A DNA stretch of 64,000 nt from Amoebidium appalachense (GCA_963693365.1 CAVNZM010000002.1:10658328-10722327), one strand, 5' to 3'. Positions 36,129 to 50,333 are shown, counted from the stretch's first letter. Numbers and translations: made by a program. The notes: generated from the letters alone by a model not told the origin.

Positions 36129-36730
36129 GCCTCCATACTTTATTTACCTTAACAGGACAAAGAGCCGGTACCCACCTATGGGTGCTAAACATGCACATGA
36201 TCATTCATGTGCTATAAGAGCAACACAGAAACGAAACACGGAAACAACAGCAGCCATAGGACAAAGAGCCCCAGACCCACAGGGTCTTGCCTCCATACTT
36301 TATTTACCTTAACAGGACAAAGAGCCGGTACCCACCTATGGGTGCTAAACATGCACATGATCATTCATGTGCTATAGGAGCAACACAGAAACGAAACACG
36401 GAAACAACAGCAGCCATAGGACAAAGAGCCCCATGTACACCCCAGACCCACAGGGTCTTGCCTCCATACTTTATTTACCTTAACAGGACAAAGAGCCGGT
36501 ACCCACCTATGGGTGCTAAACATGCACATGATCATTCATGTGCTATAAGAGCAACACAGAAACGAAACATGGAAACAACAGCAGCCATAGGACAAAGAGC
36601 CCCAGACCCACAGGGTCTTGCCTCGGAGTCCATACTTTATTTACCTTAACAGGACAAAGAGCCGGTACCCACCTATGAAACGAAAAACGGAAACAACAGC
36701 AGCCATAGGACAAAGAGCCGGTACCCACCT
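36111..36730. repeat. ~160-bp tandem repeat x~3.7
   Basis: CCAGACCCACAGGGTCTTGCCTC units start near 36111, 36271, 36442 and 36602. Confidence 0.9.
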
Positions 36731-37301
36731 CTAGATGATAACGTAGCCTTATAGCTGCTGATGACTTCATCATCATGGGCCAACCTTGGCAAAACCTGTA
36801 AAGGAACTCGAGCTAAGAATTAGCTCATCCTACTTGCGAGAAGTGGGGGGAGGGGGGGGGGGGGGGACTGAGGGGGCTGACTGAGAGTGGCAAAAAAAGA
36901 GTCGACAGAACCAACCTCAAACATAGTAAGGACGGAAACCCGGACCAGAACTTATGAAGTCTAGAGAAGCAGAAAATAGCTTGAACGATCGGTGGAGGGG
37001 ATGATAGCTATAGTGCTAACAGCAAAAGTAGTGCCCACAGTCGCTGGTTCATGAACGTGAAAGGCAACGTGCATCTGCAGCCAGCAGACACACGCACACG
37101 CACGCACACACACACTACACACACACACACACAGACACAGACACAGACATAATCACAGGACGGACACAGACCAGACAGACAAACGCCATATGCACAAAAG
37201 CAGGCAACACAAAACTAACCTTCAAAGGGCCTTTCAGCCGTTAGGCGAAGAAGCTGCAGCATGCAGCATGGTCGAAACCATTCAGCACGGTGGCTGCGCG
37301 A

Positions 37302-37424
37302 TCTGCGGAGGGGATCTGTGACCAGGCGACCTGCGGGAAGGGAACTGCGACCAGGCGACCTGCGGGAAGGGACCTGCGACCAGGCGACCTGCCGGAAAGG
37401 ACCTGCGGACCTGCGGGAAGGGGG
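37302..37424. repeat. 29-bp minisatellite x~4
   Basis: GACCAGGCGACCTGCGGGAAGGGA(A/C)CTGC units. Confidence 0.85.
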
Positions 37425-37765
37425 AAGAGAAATGGAGCAAACAACGTGCGTACAGGCTTAAATGGACAAAAAATTGCAAACCGGATTGGGATTTAGCCAA
37501 TCACTATTCGCCGCGCCTGATTAGGGAAAAGATAAAAATAGATTTCGGCTCGCGCGCGCGCGTGCATCAGCTTGGTGCCCTTAGCGCTACCCTTAGTGCC
37601 CTTAGTCACAATTATCAGACTATAGTTACGTGTCCTCCACTTCTTTGTTCTTGACCATTTTTTCGGCATGAAAGGGTTTCTGTTACTTCTTGCTGTCCTT
37701 CTTAGCGTGCTTGCTTGTCTTTTTTTCAACATGGGTGTCACTGGCGCTTTCGACTTCTTTGAAAT

Positions 37766-37796
<31 letters not shown>

Positions 37797-37838
37797 GCGC
37801 GCGCACGCGCGCGCACGCACACACACTCACACATGCAC

Positions 37839-37870
<32 letters not shown>

Positions 37871-38338
37871 GGCGCGCACACACAGGCACGCACACACACA
37901 CAGGCGCACACCTACACAACACACACAGCACATGCACACACAAGCGCACACACGCACACACCCTGTTATCCCTGATCATGATGCCCCCTCCCCCCCTCCC
38001 TCTTCCCCCCCGCGCACCCCCCCCCCCCCCCCCCACCCCACCCACCCACCTACAAAGACGAAAACATTGTACATGTATTGCATACACAAATATACTCGCA
38101 CATACACATACACACATTCACTTTAATCTTTCAGGCTACATGTGCAATATACATTAATTATGCACAGTCGATAGAATTCGTTGTGAAACCCACCCGCCCC
38201 CCCCCCCCCCCCCCCCCCCCTCCTCGTTCCCCCCATATGCAATGGGGATAATATTGTTTCCCGCTATTAATTAAAAAATCACCGTTCTAACTTCCTAAGA
38301 CCGAACCACTTGTAACACCGACAGTTTCGGTTGTGTGG

Positions 38339-38372
<34 letters not shown>

Positions 38373-38487
38373 CCCACCCACCACCACCTTACCAATATTG
38401 TAGGTGTACACTGCCCCCACATCCCCAATTGTGTGCTGAATATCTCGTGCTAGGAAACCAATAACGTGAAAGTAACACATGCCGCAT

Positions 38488-41400
38488 GTGGGTAGTTATT
38501 GAAACAACCATTAATGTCTAGGTAACATACTATGTACATATACTATGCTACAAGGGGGGTTCTATACGAGCTACAACGTTGTGTTTTTTTCGTGTGACCC
38601 TCGTACTCCAGGGGCACATTCACCATCCCCCCCATAAACTTTGTGGTAAAGGTCTCGTGCTAGAAGCTGTTCTGTGGGTAGTTATTGAAAAAACGAATAA
38701 TGTCTAGGTAACACATGTACATATACTATGCTACAAGGGGGGTTCTATTCGAGCTACAATGTTGTGTTTTTTTTCATGTGACCCTCGTACTCCAGAGGCA
38801 CATTTACCATCCCCCCCATAAAGTGTGTGGTAAATCTCTCGTGCTAGAGGCTGTTCTGTGGGTAGTTATTGAAAAAACCAATAATGTCTAGGTAACACAT
38901 GTACATACACTATGCTACAAGGGGGGTTCTATACGAGCTACAACGTTGTGTTTTTTTCGTGTGACCCTTGTACTCCAGGGGCACATTCACCATCCCCCCC
39001 ATAAACTTTGTGGTAAAGGTCTCGTGCTAGAAGCTGTTCTGTGGGTAGTTATTGAAAAAACCAATAATGTCTCGGTAACACATGTACATATACTATGCTA
39101 CAAGGGGGGTTCTATTCGAGCTACAATGTTGTGCTTTTTTCGTGTGACCCTCGTACTCCAGAGGCACATTCCCCATCCCCCCCATAAACTTTGTGGTAAA
39201 TGTCTCGTGCTAGAAGCTGTTCTGTGGGTAGTTATTGAAAAAACCAATAATGTCTAGGTAACACATGGACATATACTATGCTACAAGGGGGGTCTATTCG
39301 AGCTACAACATTGTGTTTTTTTCGTGTGACCCTCGTACTCCAGGGGCACATTCACCATCCCCCCCATAAACGTTTTGGTAAATTTCTCGTGCTAGAGGCT
39401 GTTCTGTGCGTAGTTATTGAAAAAACCAATTATTAAATGTCTAGGTAACACATGGACATATATTATGCTACAAGGGAGGTTCTATACGAGCTACAACGTT
39501 GTGTTTTTTTCGTGTGACCCTCGTACTCCAGGGGCACATTCTCCATCCCCCCCATAAACTTTGTGGTAAAGTTCTCGTGCTAGAAGCTGTTCTGTGGGTA
39601 GTTATTGAAAAATCCAATAATGTCTGGGTAACACATGTACATATAGTACTATGCTAAAAGGGGGGTTCTATATGAGCTACAACGTTGTGTTTTTTTCGTG
39701 TGCCCCTCGTGCTCCAGGGACACATTCACCATCCCCCCCATAAACTTTGTGGTAAATTTCTCGTGCTAGAAGCTGTTCTGTGGGTAGTTATTGAAAAAAC
39801 CAATAATGTCTAGGTAACATACTATGTACATATACTATGCTAAAAGGGGGGTTCTATATGAGCTACAACGTTGTGTTTTTTTCGTGTGACCCTCGTGCTC
39901 CAGGGGCACATTCTTCATCCCCCCCATAAACTTTGTGGTAAATTTCTCGTGCTAGAAGCTGTTCTGTGGGTAGTTATTGAAAAAACCAATAATGTCTAGG
40001 TAACATTGCTACAAGGGGGGTTCTATACGAGCTACAACGTTGTGTTTTTTTCGTGTGACCCTCGTACTCCAGGGGCACATTCTCCATCCCCCCCATAAAC
40101 TTTGTGGTAAAGTTCTCGTGCTAGAAGCTGTTCTGTGGGTAGTTATTGAAAAAACGAATAATGTCTAGGTAACACATGTACATATACTATGCTACAAGGG
40201 GGGTTCTATTCGAGCTACAATGTTGTGTTTTATTCGTGTGACCCTCGTACTTCAGGGGCACATTCACCATCCCCCCTATAAACTTTGTGGTAAATCTCTC
40301 GTGCTAGAGGCTGTTCTGTGGGTAGTTATTGAAAAACCAATAATGTCTACGTAACATATGTACATATAATATGCTACAAGGGGGGTTCTATACGAGCTAC
40401 AACGTTGTGTTTTTTTCGTGTGACCCTTGTACTCCAAGGGCACATTCACCATCCCCCCCATAAACGTTGTGGTAAAGGGCTCGTGCTAGAAGCTGTTCTG
40501 TGGGTAGTTATTGAAAAAACCAATAATGTCTAGGTAACACATGTACATACACTATGCTACAAGGGGGGTTCTATTCGAGCTACAATGTTGTGTTTTTTTC
40601 GTGTGACCCTCGTACTCCAGAGGCACATTCACCATCCCCCCATAAACTCTGTGGTAAATCTCTCGTGCTAGAGGCTGTTCTGTGGGTAGTTATTGAAAGA
40701 CCAATAATGTCTAGGTAACATATGTACATATACTATGCTACAAGGGGGGTTCTATACGAGCTACAACGTTGTGTTTTTTTCGTGTGACCCTCGTACTCCA
40801 GGGGCACATTCACCATCCCCCCCATAAACGTTGTGGTAAAGGTCTCGTGCTAGAAGCTGTTCTGTGGGTAGTTATTGAAAAAACCAATAATGTCTAGGTA
40901 ACACGTGTACATATACTATGCTACAAGGGGGGTTCTATTCGAGCTACAATGTTGTGTTTTTTTTCGTGTGACCCTCGTGCTCCAGGGGCACATTCTCCAT
41001 CCCCCCCATAAACTTTGTGGTAAATTTCTCGTGCTAGAAGCTGTTCTGTGGGTAGTTATTGAAAGACCAATAATGTGTAGGTAACATATGTACATATACT
41101 ATGCTACAAGGGGGGTTCTATACGAGCTACAACGTTGTGTTTTTTTCGTGTGACCCTCGTACTCCAGGGGCACATTCACCATCCCCCCATAAACTTTGTG
41201 GTAAAGGTCTCGTGCTAGAAGCTGTTCTGTGGGTAGTTATTGAAAAAACCAATAATGTCTAGGTAACACATGTACATATACTAGGCTACAAGGGGGGTTC
41301 TATTCGAGCTACAATGTTGTGTTTTTTTCGTGTGACCCTCGTACTCCAGGGGCACATTTACCATCCCCCCCATAAAGTGTGTGGTAAATCTCTCGTGCTA

Positions 41401-41596
41401 GAGGCTGTTCTGTGGGTAGTTATTGAAAAACCAATAATGTCTAGGTAACATATGTACAAATACTATGCTACAAGGGGGGTTCTATACGAGCTACAACGTT
41501 GTGTTTTTTTCGTGTGACCCTCGTACTCCAGGGGCATATTCACCATCCCCGCCATAAACTTTGTGGTAAATGTCTCGTGCTAGAAGCTGTTCTGTG
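38488..41596. repeat. ~183-bp satellite x17
   Basis: Seventeen copies of GTGGGTAGTTATTGAAAAAACC...GCTGTTCT counted by eye. Confidence 0.95.
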
Positions 41597-41781
41597 TCTG
41601 ATGTGTGGATGTCTGTGTATGTTGTGTGTGTGTGCATGTCTGTGCCAGTGTGTGTGTATGTGCTCAGTTGAAAGGGAAGGGGGGGAGAGGGGGGATGCAC
41701 CGTGTGTGTGCATGTGTGCACGTGTGTGTGTGTGTGCTCTGTGGAGAGGGAAGGGGAGGGGGGAAATGCACCGTGTGTGTG

Positions 41782-41822
<41 letters not shown>

Positions 41823-41903
41823 ATGTCTGTGCATGTGTGCATGTGCTCGGTGGAGAGGGAAGGAGAAGGGGGGGATTCGTGTCCGTGCATGTGTGCATGT
41901 GTG

Positions 41904-41956
<53 letters not shown>

Positions 41957-44787
41957 ATGTATGTGTGTGTGTATGTGCTCAGTTGAGAGGGAAGGGGAGG
42001 GGGGGGGGGTTGCACCGTGTGTGTGCATGTGTGCATGTTAATGCAAAGTACACACGGGGGAGTCCGTAGAATGTTTTTCCCGACGGAGGGGGGGGGACGT
42101 GATCGGGGAATTTCAGTGTTTTCTCCAGTCCCGCATGCAACATATAAGCCTTCGTATTCAAAAAACCCAAACACCCTTTCCCTTAGCAAGTAGCTGACTT
42201 TCTCACCACCAAACGTAGATGGGGGTGGGGGGGAGTGCCCACGTTCACCCACACATCCCCACGGGCATTTGCCGGCCCATCAGGGGGGGTCCAAGAGGGG
42301 GGGGGGGGGGGTCATTCTATAGTGTGCATGTGTTGTGGAGGGAAAAAACGTGCAAAAACCCTCAGAATGGACGGATTTCGATGCAGTTTTTTTTTGTTTT
42401 CCCAATGGGAAGGTATGTTAATGCAAAGTACACACGGGGGAGTCCGTAGGATTTTTTCCCGACGGAGGGGGGAACGTGATCGGGGAATTTCAAGACGAAA
42501 AATCTAAAATCTCAATATCTGCCAAAACCCTCCGAATGGACGGGGGGAGGGGGGGGGGGGAGGGGGGAGGGGGGGGGGGGGGGGGAGAGGCATCAAACGT
42601 GATGGCTCACACACCCCTACTGAAATTTGCTGGCCCCATAGGTGGGGTCCATGGGGGGGGGGGTCATTGTATAGTGTGCTTTTTTTGTGGGGGGGGGGGG
42701 GTTTACACATTGGGTGGTTATTTCCAAGGCAATGGCAACGTCCCCCCCCCCCCCCCCCCTCTCCCCGGCGGGCCCGCCGCTGCGCTGCGGAAGATTACTC
42801 TGATCCACTCGAATCCTTTTGTCCCAAACACAGGCTTGCAGGATAAGAAAGGCCTGCACCTTGCAAAGCTGGATGCCTATTTTGCATCAGAAGGGAACTT
42901 CGACCCCAGCCCCAGGCTTGAAGGACGTGGCAATTGCCTAAAGTTCCTGCCGCTACAGCTGCAGTTGTTCCTAGCGGGCTTAACGCCTGCTGAAGCACGG
43001 GGGACTCCACGGGGGGATCTGCCTCTTCCAGTGAAAAGAAAAATATTCCCATACAACAGCTGCTATATTTGACTGCAAGAAGGTGAGGAGGGAGTGTATC
43101 TTAGGGTGGTGGGGTGTAAGGAATTTTATGGTCGGCGATCCGCACTGCAGTTTCAGGTATGGTTGACGTATTTATTCAGGACGTACTGACAGAATAGTAA
43201 GTATAGCTCTAGTATAGCGTGATGATATTCTTAGGAGCTTCCTAAGGTATGCGATATATATCTTTGCGTTTTTTTTGCGTTTTTTGTGCATTTTTTTATT
43301 TTTTTATTTTTTAATGTGTTTATTTAGGGTAAATTCCACGCACCGGCCACTTGCTCCGCGCAGGCATTGCACCGTTTGCCAAGGTATCTCGCCTAATTTA
43401 TAGGTACCTTAAATATTATTATAACTAAAACTTCTGTATTTGGCAGTTGAATGCCCCAGTTTTACTTACATAGACGGATCATGATTGTAATGATAACAGT
43501 GCTTCGGATTCTGTTTTGCACCCCTCCAGTAAATCTTTGTTTCCATTAACTATCAACGCCTCGCACGCACCTGCGCGACGCCTTCATGTTTCATGTTTCA
43601 ATAAAAGCGTACCTTGTGACGCCTTCATTGTGAATGAAGTGTGAAATTCGATCCTAAAAAACAACCAATCAAAAACGTTGGAGTGATCTATCCCACAATC
43701 AAATGCGCAATCCCTTTTCCGGCCGTATATATTGAGCTAACTCGCTCATCATGGATCGTGGTCCTGGGTAATCGGCATTGACCGGGTGGTGAAGACGCCG
43801 TGGCTGAGGATAGCGATACGTGCTTTGCTTTTCTATCCCAGGGAACACTTAAAGATCATCTAAATCGATCCCATTAAACCCTTAAAGAGGTCCTAAAGTA
43901 ATCCTAACACAATACCTAATTGCAACTCTGAACATCTTTAAGCTACTCCAAATAGGGCGTGAAGATCGCAGAAAGGTATCACCAATACTTGCCTAAGATT
44001 GCGTTAGCATATCACATGCACAGACATGGCCTGTCTTGAAGATATAATTTGGATGGCCAATAGCGCTACAAAAGAACTCTCCAAAGATCTCCTTAGATGA
44101 TCCACTGCCTAGCTGTGATATATCCTGACGACATCCTAACGCAATCAGTTCGTTTCGCAAATGTTGCATGGCCATACGGGATTAAGAGAGGATAAAGATT
44201 GTACTAAGATCTCCGCAGTACATCTTTAACATATCTCTACGCCCATCCCACGAGCGCCTTCAGTTGTGTCAACTTACTTGCGTGTATAATGCATCTTACA
44301 CCCATCTATATAATATGTATCGGTATCTCTCATAGACATCCTGTAGAATGAGTGCAGACGTCTTTAGGACATCTGTTAACTACCCCATGTTCCGGGATGA
44401 TAAAAATATGTCCTCAATCCGTCCAAGATATCTTTAAGACGTAAACGACATGAAAACCCGAAAGACGTCTTTCATATATCCCGTATGCATCCGCAACCCA
44501 TCAGACAATTTAATGGGGGGTTAAGGACATCCGGACTTGTGCTGATGGGTATAAGTGCACTTCCAGGTGTCTGTATGACATCTTGTCAGACGACTTTACT
44601 ACTTCTTGCAGATGTCCACTGTCTTGAATCCGTGCCAGACGTATTTAATATATATGGGATGTGTTTCAGACGCCTTGCCATCCTGAAATTCCGGGTTATC
44701 CTAAACCCGTCCTAAGCTATCTTTTAGATATATTAACGACGATAGGACGTCCTAAAGTCGTACAAGACAGGTTTCGGATGGGGGGTG

Positions 44788-45643
44788 ATCTTTGCTGATG
44801 CTCCCGTGCCCCCCGCCGCGCCATCCGCACCCGGGGAGGTTTCCCCGGGGCTGCATATCGGCCCTGACCTGGACCTACCTGCCCTGCCCGCGCCCCCCAT
44901 TACAGGTGAGAACACTGGCGACATTCAGCCGGGCACACTGCCGCTTCCCCCGCGGATGTGCTGGCAGATTTGCGCCAATCGTTTCGTCGACCTGTATAAG
45001 TTCACCCCCGCAGCCCTCCCGCGCATGGCCGACGACGGCAGCATCGAGACTTTTTGCCATGACAAACCCATTCCCCTGCGTTCACTCGTCATTTGGATCC
45101 AAGCTTTGTCCCATTACATGGCCGCCAAGCACCACCTCGACCTTCCCACGGACAAGGACACACTTTGGACTCAGCACATCACTCGCCTCAGCACCCGATA
45201 CCCGTGGGCCCAGCTCCACAACTATGACGTGTACGCCCGTACCGTTGCCCACCAGCAGGGTCGGGCTCCGATCGAGTGTCCCAACCTGCTCGCCCAACTC
45301 CACCAGGATCTCCTCCTGCCACCCACCTCTGCTCATCCCGGACGCATGTCAGCGCTGTGGCTTCCCCGACCACCCCAGCGCGGCCTGCCCCATGTACCCC
45401 AAGCCCGGCTGTGGTCTTGACGGCTTCAAGCCGCCCCACAAGCCCGGCGAGGGAACCCCCAACCGCCCTGGCCCGCAAACCGGCCCGGCAAAACCGGCCC
45501 GACCCGTGGATCTACCCGCGACGCACTGCAGGAATTTCCACATTAACGGTCGGTCCTGCGCTAAGCAGCCCTGCCCCTTCTCCCACGTGTGCCCGCTCTG
45601 CTCTGGCACACACCCCCGCAAAGACTGCAAGCACAATGCCTAG
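44788..45643 (+). pseudogene. Family 3 gag, C-terminal part, with zinc fingers (one frameshift near 45330)
   Basis: FVDLYKF, WIQALSHYM, YPWAQLHNYD; CQRCGFPDHPSAAC knuckle; CRNFH..C..C..HVCPLCSGTHPRKDC end typical of DIRS/Ngaro gag. Confidence 0.82.
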
Positions 45644-45933
45644 TCTACGCGCACACCCACACACACAGCTAGAACATAGGGGCTAGGAGCTAGGACACAC
45701 GGGTACAAGGAAACGGAGCTCGGGAGAACGGGCCAATAGGGCTGAGTACAAAATTTCGCAGGCCAACTACGGCGCCCGCGCGCGCCAAGAATAAATGTCC
45801 CTACACAAAGACGTTATTCTGGCCACTGCACAAAATTTTACTCCCCCCCATCCCACGAGCCTCCCCCCCCCTTACACTCACCTAGCACTCCCTCCCCCCC
45901 TTCTTCTACCTCTGTGTCCGCCCACACCCCCGC

Positions 45934-47690
45934 GTGCTCGGGCATCCCCTGCACAGGGCCCCGCTGCCCTCCCTGCAAACCCTCCCTCGGGCCCAGCTGC
46001 CCTACTCTAACCCCCCCGGGGCCCTGCTGCCCCCCCCCCCCCCCCCCTCCCCTCCCCCCCCCCTCCCCCCCCCTCCCCCCCCCCCCCCCCCCCCCCCGCT
46101 GCCGGGATCTCCCCGAGGGTGCCCCACCCTTGCTAACCACACCTTCCCCCGAGGCTCAGACCCGGAGGCTCGCCCGCTGCCCCAGCACCACATTGACACC
46201 TCCCGCCTCCGGGAGCTGCTGGCCTCCTACCCAGACCAATCATTCGCCGCGCAGCTCCTCCACGATGTCGAGTTCGGTGTCGACATCGGCTATCGCGGCC
46301 CTTCCACCTCTCGGGTGGGCCCCAACCTACCCACCACCCCGGAGGCAGCTGCCGCTATCACGGCGGATATTGCCAAAGAAGTCGCCCTCGGCCACCTGCG
46401 CGGCCCCCTCTCCCTGGCCCAATTCTTTGCCGAATTTCCGGTCCACCGTTCCTCCCCCATCGGCGCCGTTACTAAAAAAGGGAACCCCCCCAAGTACCGT
46501 CACATCCACCACCTCTCCTGGCCCCGGGGCAGCAGTGTCAATGACAGCATCACCTACCCCGACGAACTTCAGTACATTCAAGCCCGGGACGTCACCCAGC
46601 TCATTCTCGACGCAGGCCCCGGTTGCTACATGGCCGTGGCAGACGTGCAAGCTGCCTTCCGGCACATGCCCATCCGACCAGAAGACCACCACTTAATGGC
46701 ATTCAAATGGCAGGGGCATTTTTACGTTGACACCAGACTGCCCGTCGGCCTAAAATCTAGCCCAGCCACCTGGGAACGGATCGCGGCCACCCTCCAGTGG
46801 CTGGCACACCAGCACGGTGTTACCCTCGTCCGCCACTACGTAGACGACTGGATTATAGTCGCCCCCACCCAAGAGTAGTGCCAACGTCACCTATCCACCT
46901 TCCTGCAACTCTGCCGAGAGCTGCACATTGCCATCTCCGAAGACAAGATGCAGGGCCCGGCTACCCGTATCGTCTTCATCGGTATCGAATTCGACTCCAT
47001 CGCCATGGAGGCACGGATCCCTGCTTCCAAACTCTCGGACCTACTCGACCTCACTTCCCACCCAAAACCCACCATCACCATTCGGGACCTGCAATCCCTC
47101 CTCAGCAAACTCACCTGGTGTGCCCAGCTGGTTCCCCCCGGGAGGGCCTTCTCCCAGCGCCTATGGGCCCTTCTCCGGACCCACCCACACCTTGCCGGCC
47201 ACCACCACATACGGCTGACTGCTGCCGCCCAGGCCGACATAGCCTAATGGCACCAGTTCCTCACATCATGGAATGGGGTGCACCTCATCACACCCCCCAC
47301 ATACACCACCCTGGCCACCGATGCTGCCGGATCAGTGGGTCTAGGGGGCCACTGGCTCGACCAATGGTTTTTCATGCCCTGGTCCCCCTCCACCCAAGCC
47401 CTCTATGCTCATGAGGGTAAACTCGGTTCTTCCGTCATCGAACTCCTGGCCATCGCAGCCGCCGTGGCCCTCTGGGCCCCCTCCTGGTCCACCCACCATG
47501 TCCGTATTTTATGCGACAACACGGGTGCTGTGTCTGACCTGCACTCCCGGTCTTCCCCCCACCCCGTGATGGCCAAACCTATTCGGTTCATCACCCGCAT
47601 GGAAATGCAATACCAATTTACGTTATAGGCATCCTACCTACCGGGACCCCTCAACCATCTAGCCGATTGCCATTTCTCGTAACCAACTTC
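45934..47690 (+). pseudogene. Family 3 RT/RNase H with three in-frame stops
   Basis: SPIGAVTKK, KYRHIHHLSWP, SVND, ADVQAAFRHMPI, LPVGLKSSP, YVDD, FIGIEFD, TDAAG, ELLAI, CDN, LPGPLNHLAD. Stops at 46876, 47245 and 47626. Confidence 0.92.
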
Positions 47691-48868
47691 CCCGGGCCCG
47701 ACGACTCCGACCTTCCCTGCAACCGGAGCCCTGCCCCTTCCCCTCCTGGGTCCACGAGTTCCTATCCCTTCCCCTGGGCTAACCCCCCCCCCCCCCCCCC
47801 CCCAGATCTCCCCTTCCGGAGCAACGCTGGCAGATTGGCCCCCCACTTTGCTCCGGCCGAGCTGCTTCGAGCCACCACTACCCTGCAGGAATGCCAGGCC
47901 CTGAGTCTCAACCTCGACTCTCGGGCCTTTTACTCCCGGGTGCAAAAAGTGTTCATCGATTTTTGTGTGGCATCTCGGCTGCAATCCTCCTCCGGGTCCT
48001 CCCTCCCGGCCTCCCCACACACCGTGCAGCTTTTTCTCGCCTGGTATGCCCAACGAGGGGTACAGGCCTCTTCCTTGGCCGGCTACAATTCGGCCATCAC
48101 CAGACTCCACCTCGACATGGGCCTCCCTGCTCCCTTCCCCCACGACAAGTCTTTGGCCTGGTTCCTCCGAGGTGTGGGCAGATGGCAGCTTTCTCACAAC
48201 ATCCGACCCCGATCATCCACCACGGAGCCCCTCCTGCCCTCCCACCTCAGCCAACTCCATGGCCAGTGCCCCACCAAGGCCTCCTCGGCCAATCTCCGGC
48301 TATGGACGGCCCTCATCGTCGGTTTCTGTGGTCTCCTCCGTTCGGGGGAATTTACCTCCAAGACCCTGACTTCCTTCGACCCGTCCCGTCACGTTAAACG
48401 GAAGGACGTGACCTTCAGCCACACCCCCACCGGTACTTTGTCCCATGCCACCCATTTGCCAACCTCCAAGACGGATGTACAGGCCCGAGGTGTCAACGTC
48501 ACTCTAGCTGCCCTGCCCCTCACCCACTTCTCCCCAGCCCATCTCCTCAGGCAGTTCCTGGATACAACGCCCGGTCAACCCGACGACCCCCTGTTCAGTC
48601 TCGGTGGCATTCCCTACACCAAGGGTGCTTTCTCTGCCGACTTCCGTGCCCTCCTCAGCTCCCGGGCAGGCCTCTCACCCGCTCCCGGTTTGCCGGCCAC
48701 AGCCTCCGAATAGGGGGGGCCACAGCCCTGGCTGAGGCCGGAGTCGACGACTCCCGGATCAAACAACTCGGCAGATGGTCCTCCGACTGTTTCCTGATCT
48801 ATACTCGACTTCGCCCGGCCTCCATTGCTGCCACTACCACACGTGTATTCGCCTCTATTCCTAAGTGA
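47667..48868 (+). pseudogene. Family 3 tyrosine recombinase (frameshift near 48690)
   Basis: GLLRSGEF and SKTD in the 348-aa frame; GHSLRIGGAT...LGRWSSDCFLIYTR in the next frame; TGA at 48866-48868. Confidence 0.92.
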
Positions 48869-49361
48869 AACCTTTGGAGCAAGCATACTGCTCTCGTGCC
48901 GTGGTTTACAACCATTGCAGGTTCACTTTCGTCCAAGGGGATGTCCCCCTAGAGGCAACACACGTCCCGGAGTAGTTTTTCATAGAGGTTTTATTTGTGG
49001 AATTTATTGACATAAATATTTTTCTGGGTAAACACGTAGGATGGGTGTCCGATACTCAACATAACCATGTAGGCTTCGTTTCGTGTTTTAGCAGTTCGCG
49101 TTCGGCTGCCCGCATACGGGCACCTATTAGCCGATCAAAAACGTCAGATTCCACAGATCACGAGACCGAGTTTGATTGGCTCAGGATCAGATTTCACATA
49201 ACACTAGATCGATTTTGATTGCCTCAGATCGGTAGCCTTAGGTATATAAGCACGACAGTTTTTTAGCAGATCAGCAAGCAACAGACACATCTTCTGTGTT
49301 TAGCACCTACAGCTTTACAGCTATATGTTCTTTTCACCCACCCACCTACACCCAACACTTG

Positions 49362-49633
<272 letters not shown>

Positions 49634-49919
49634 TAATTTACACTGGGGCGCCGGCAGGACAAAAGCACCATTCCAAGTAAAACTAACTACAGGTCAGACA
49701 AGAATATATTTTGGCAGTAATAAACTAGATATCCTATTATTCTTACTATATAGTATAGCACTGGGATTCTAGTGATACGTCTTATACTCTTTGTCCACAT
49801 TTGCAGGAGTTATAAATGCGCAAATCTCACTCTCCTGCAGGTTGTATTCATTTGCATTTGCGCAGTAACTCAGACAGGCGGAGGTATCCACACCACACTC
49901 TGCCGCGTTGATATCAGAC

Positions 49920-49950
<31 letters not shown>

Positions 49951-50333
49951 AAAAAGAAAAAGAAAGGAAGGAAGGAAGGAAGGAAGGAAGAAGAAAGCGG
50001 TGATGTAATACCCCTGATCAATGACACGTCTTTTATACACATGTATATGTACATCTGACAATCACCGCTCGAAACGATACAGTATGCACAACCTTGAATA
50101 CATGTATCTGACGTTTCCTTCAACCTCCGTACCTGACCGCCTACCACACTCAAACTGTTATTTTTCTGCCCCAACCCTCCCTAAAGCTAACCTTTTCACC
50201 TACGCCTGAGCTGTGCCCCGCCACCCCGTCATTATTCCGGCCAGTGACGTCACCAACAGCCAATGGGGTGTCCTTGTTGTTGCTCTGTGGAGGCGGCTCG
50301 ACCTGCCTGTTGCTTTGAGGTGAACTGTTGGCA

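Larger units (their letters stand above)
35008..44787. mobile_element. 9.8-kb insertion in family 3 gag, probable non-autonomous DNA transposon, possibly with nested pieces
   Basis: Flanked by ATCTTT (35002-35007, 44788-44793). Imperfect inverted ends CCCGTCTCAAACC / GGTTTCGGATGGG; both arms share ATCCTAAACCCGT and GACATC/GATATC-type motifs. Confidence 0.65.

Noticed and set aside
36111-36780. Hammerhead ribozyme in the 160-bp repeat
   Set aside because: No CUGANGA core inside the unit on either strand; the single CTGATGA near 36758 lacks matching stems.
35897-41596. CRISPR-like arrays
   Set aside because: Units repeat in full with no unique spacers, there are no cas genes, and the context is eukaryotic.
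45934-47690. TAA/TAG reassigned to Gln, since the three RT stops read plausibly as Q
   Set aside because: Long Gln-rich ORFs nearby are open in the standard code, other genes end in TAG/TAA, and the same element also has frameshifts. Decay by transitions is simpler.
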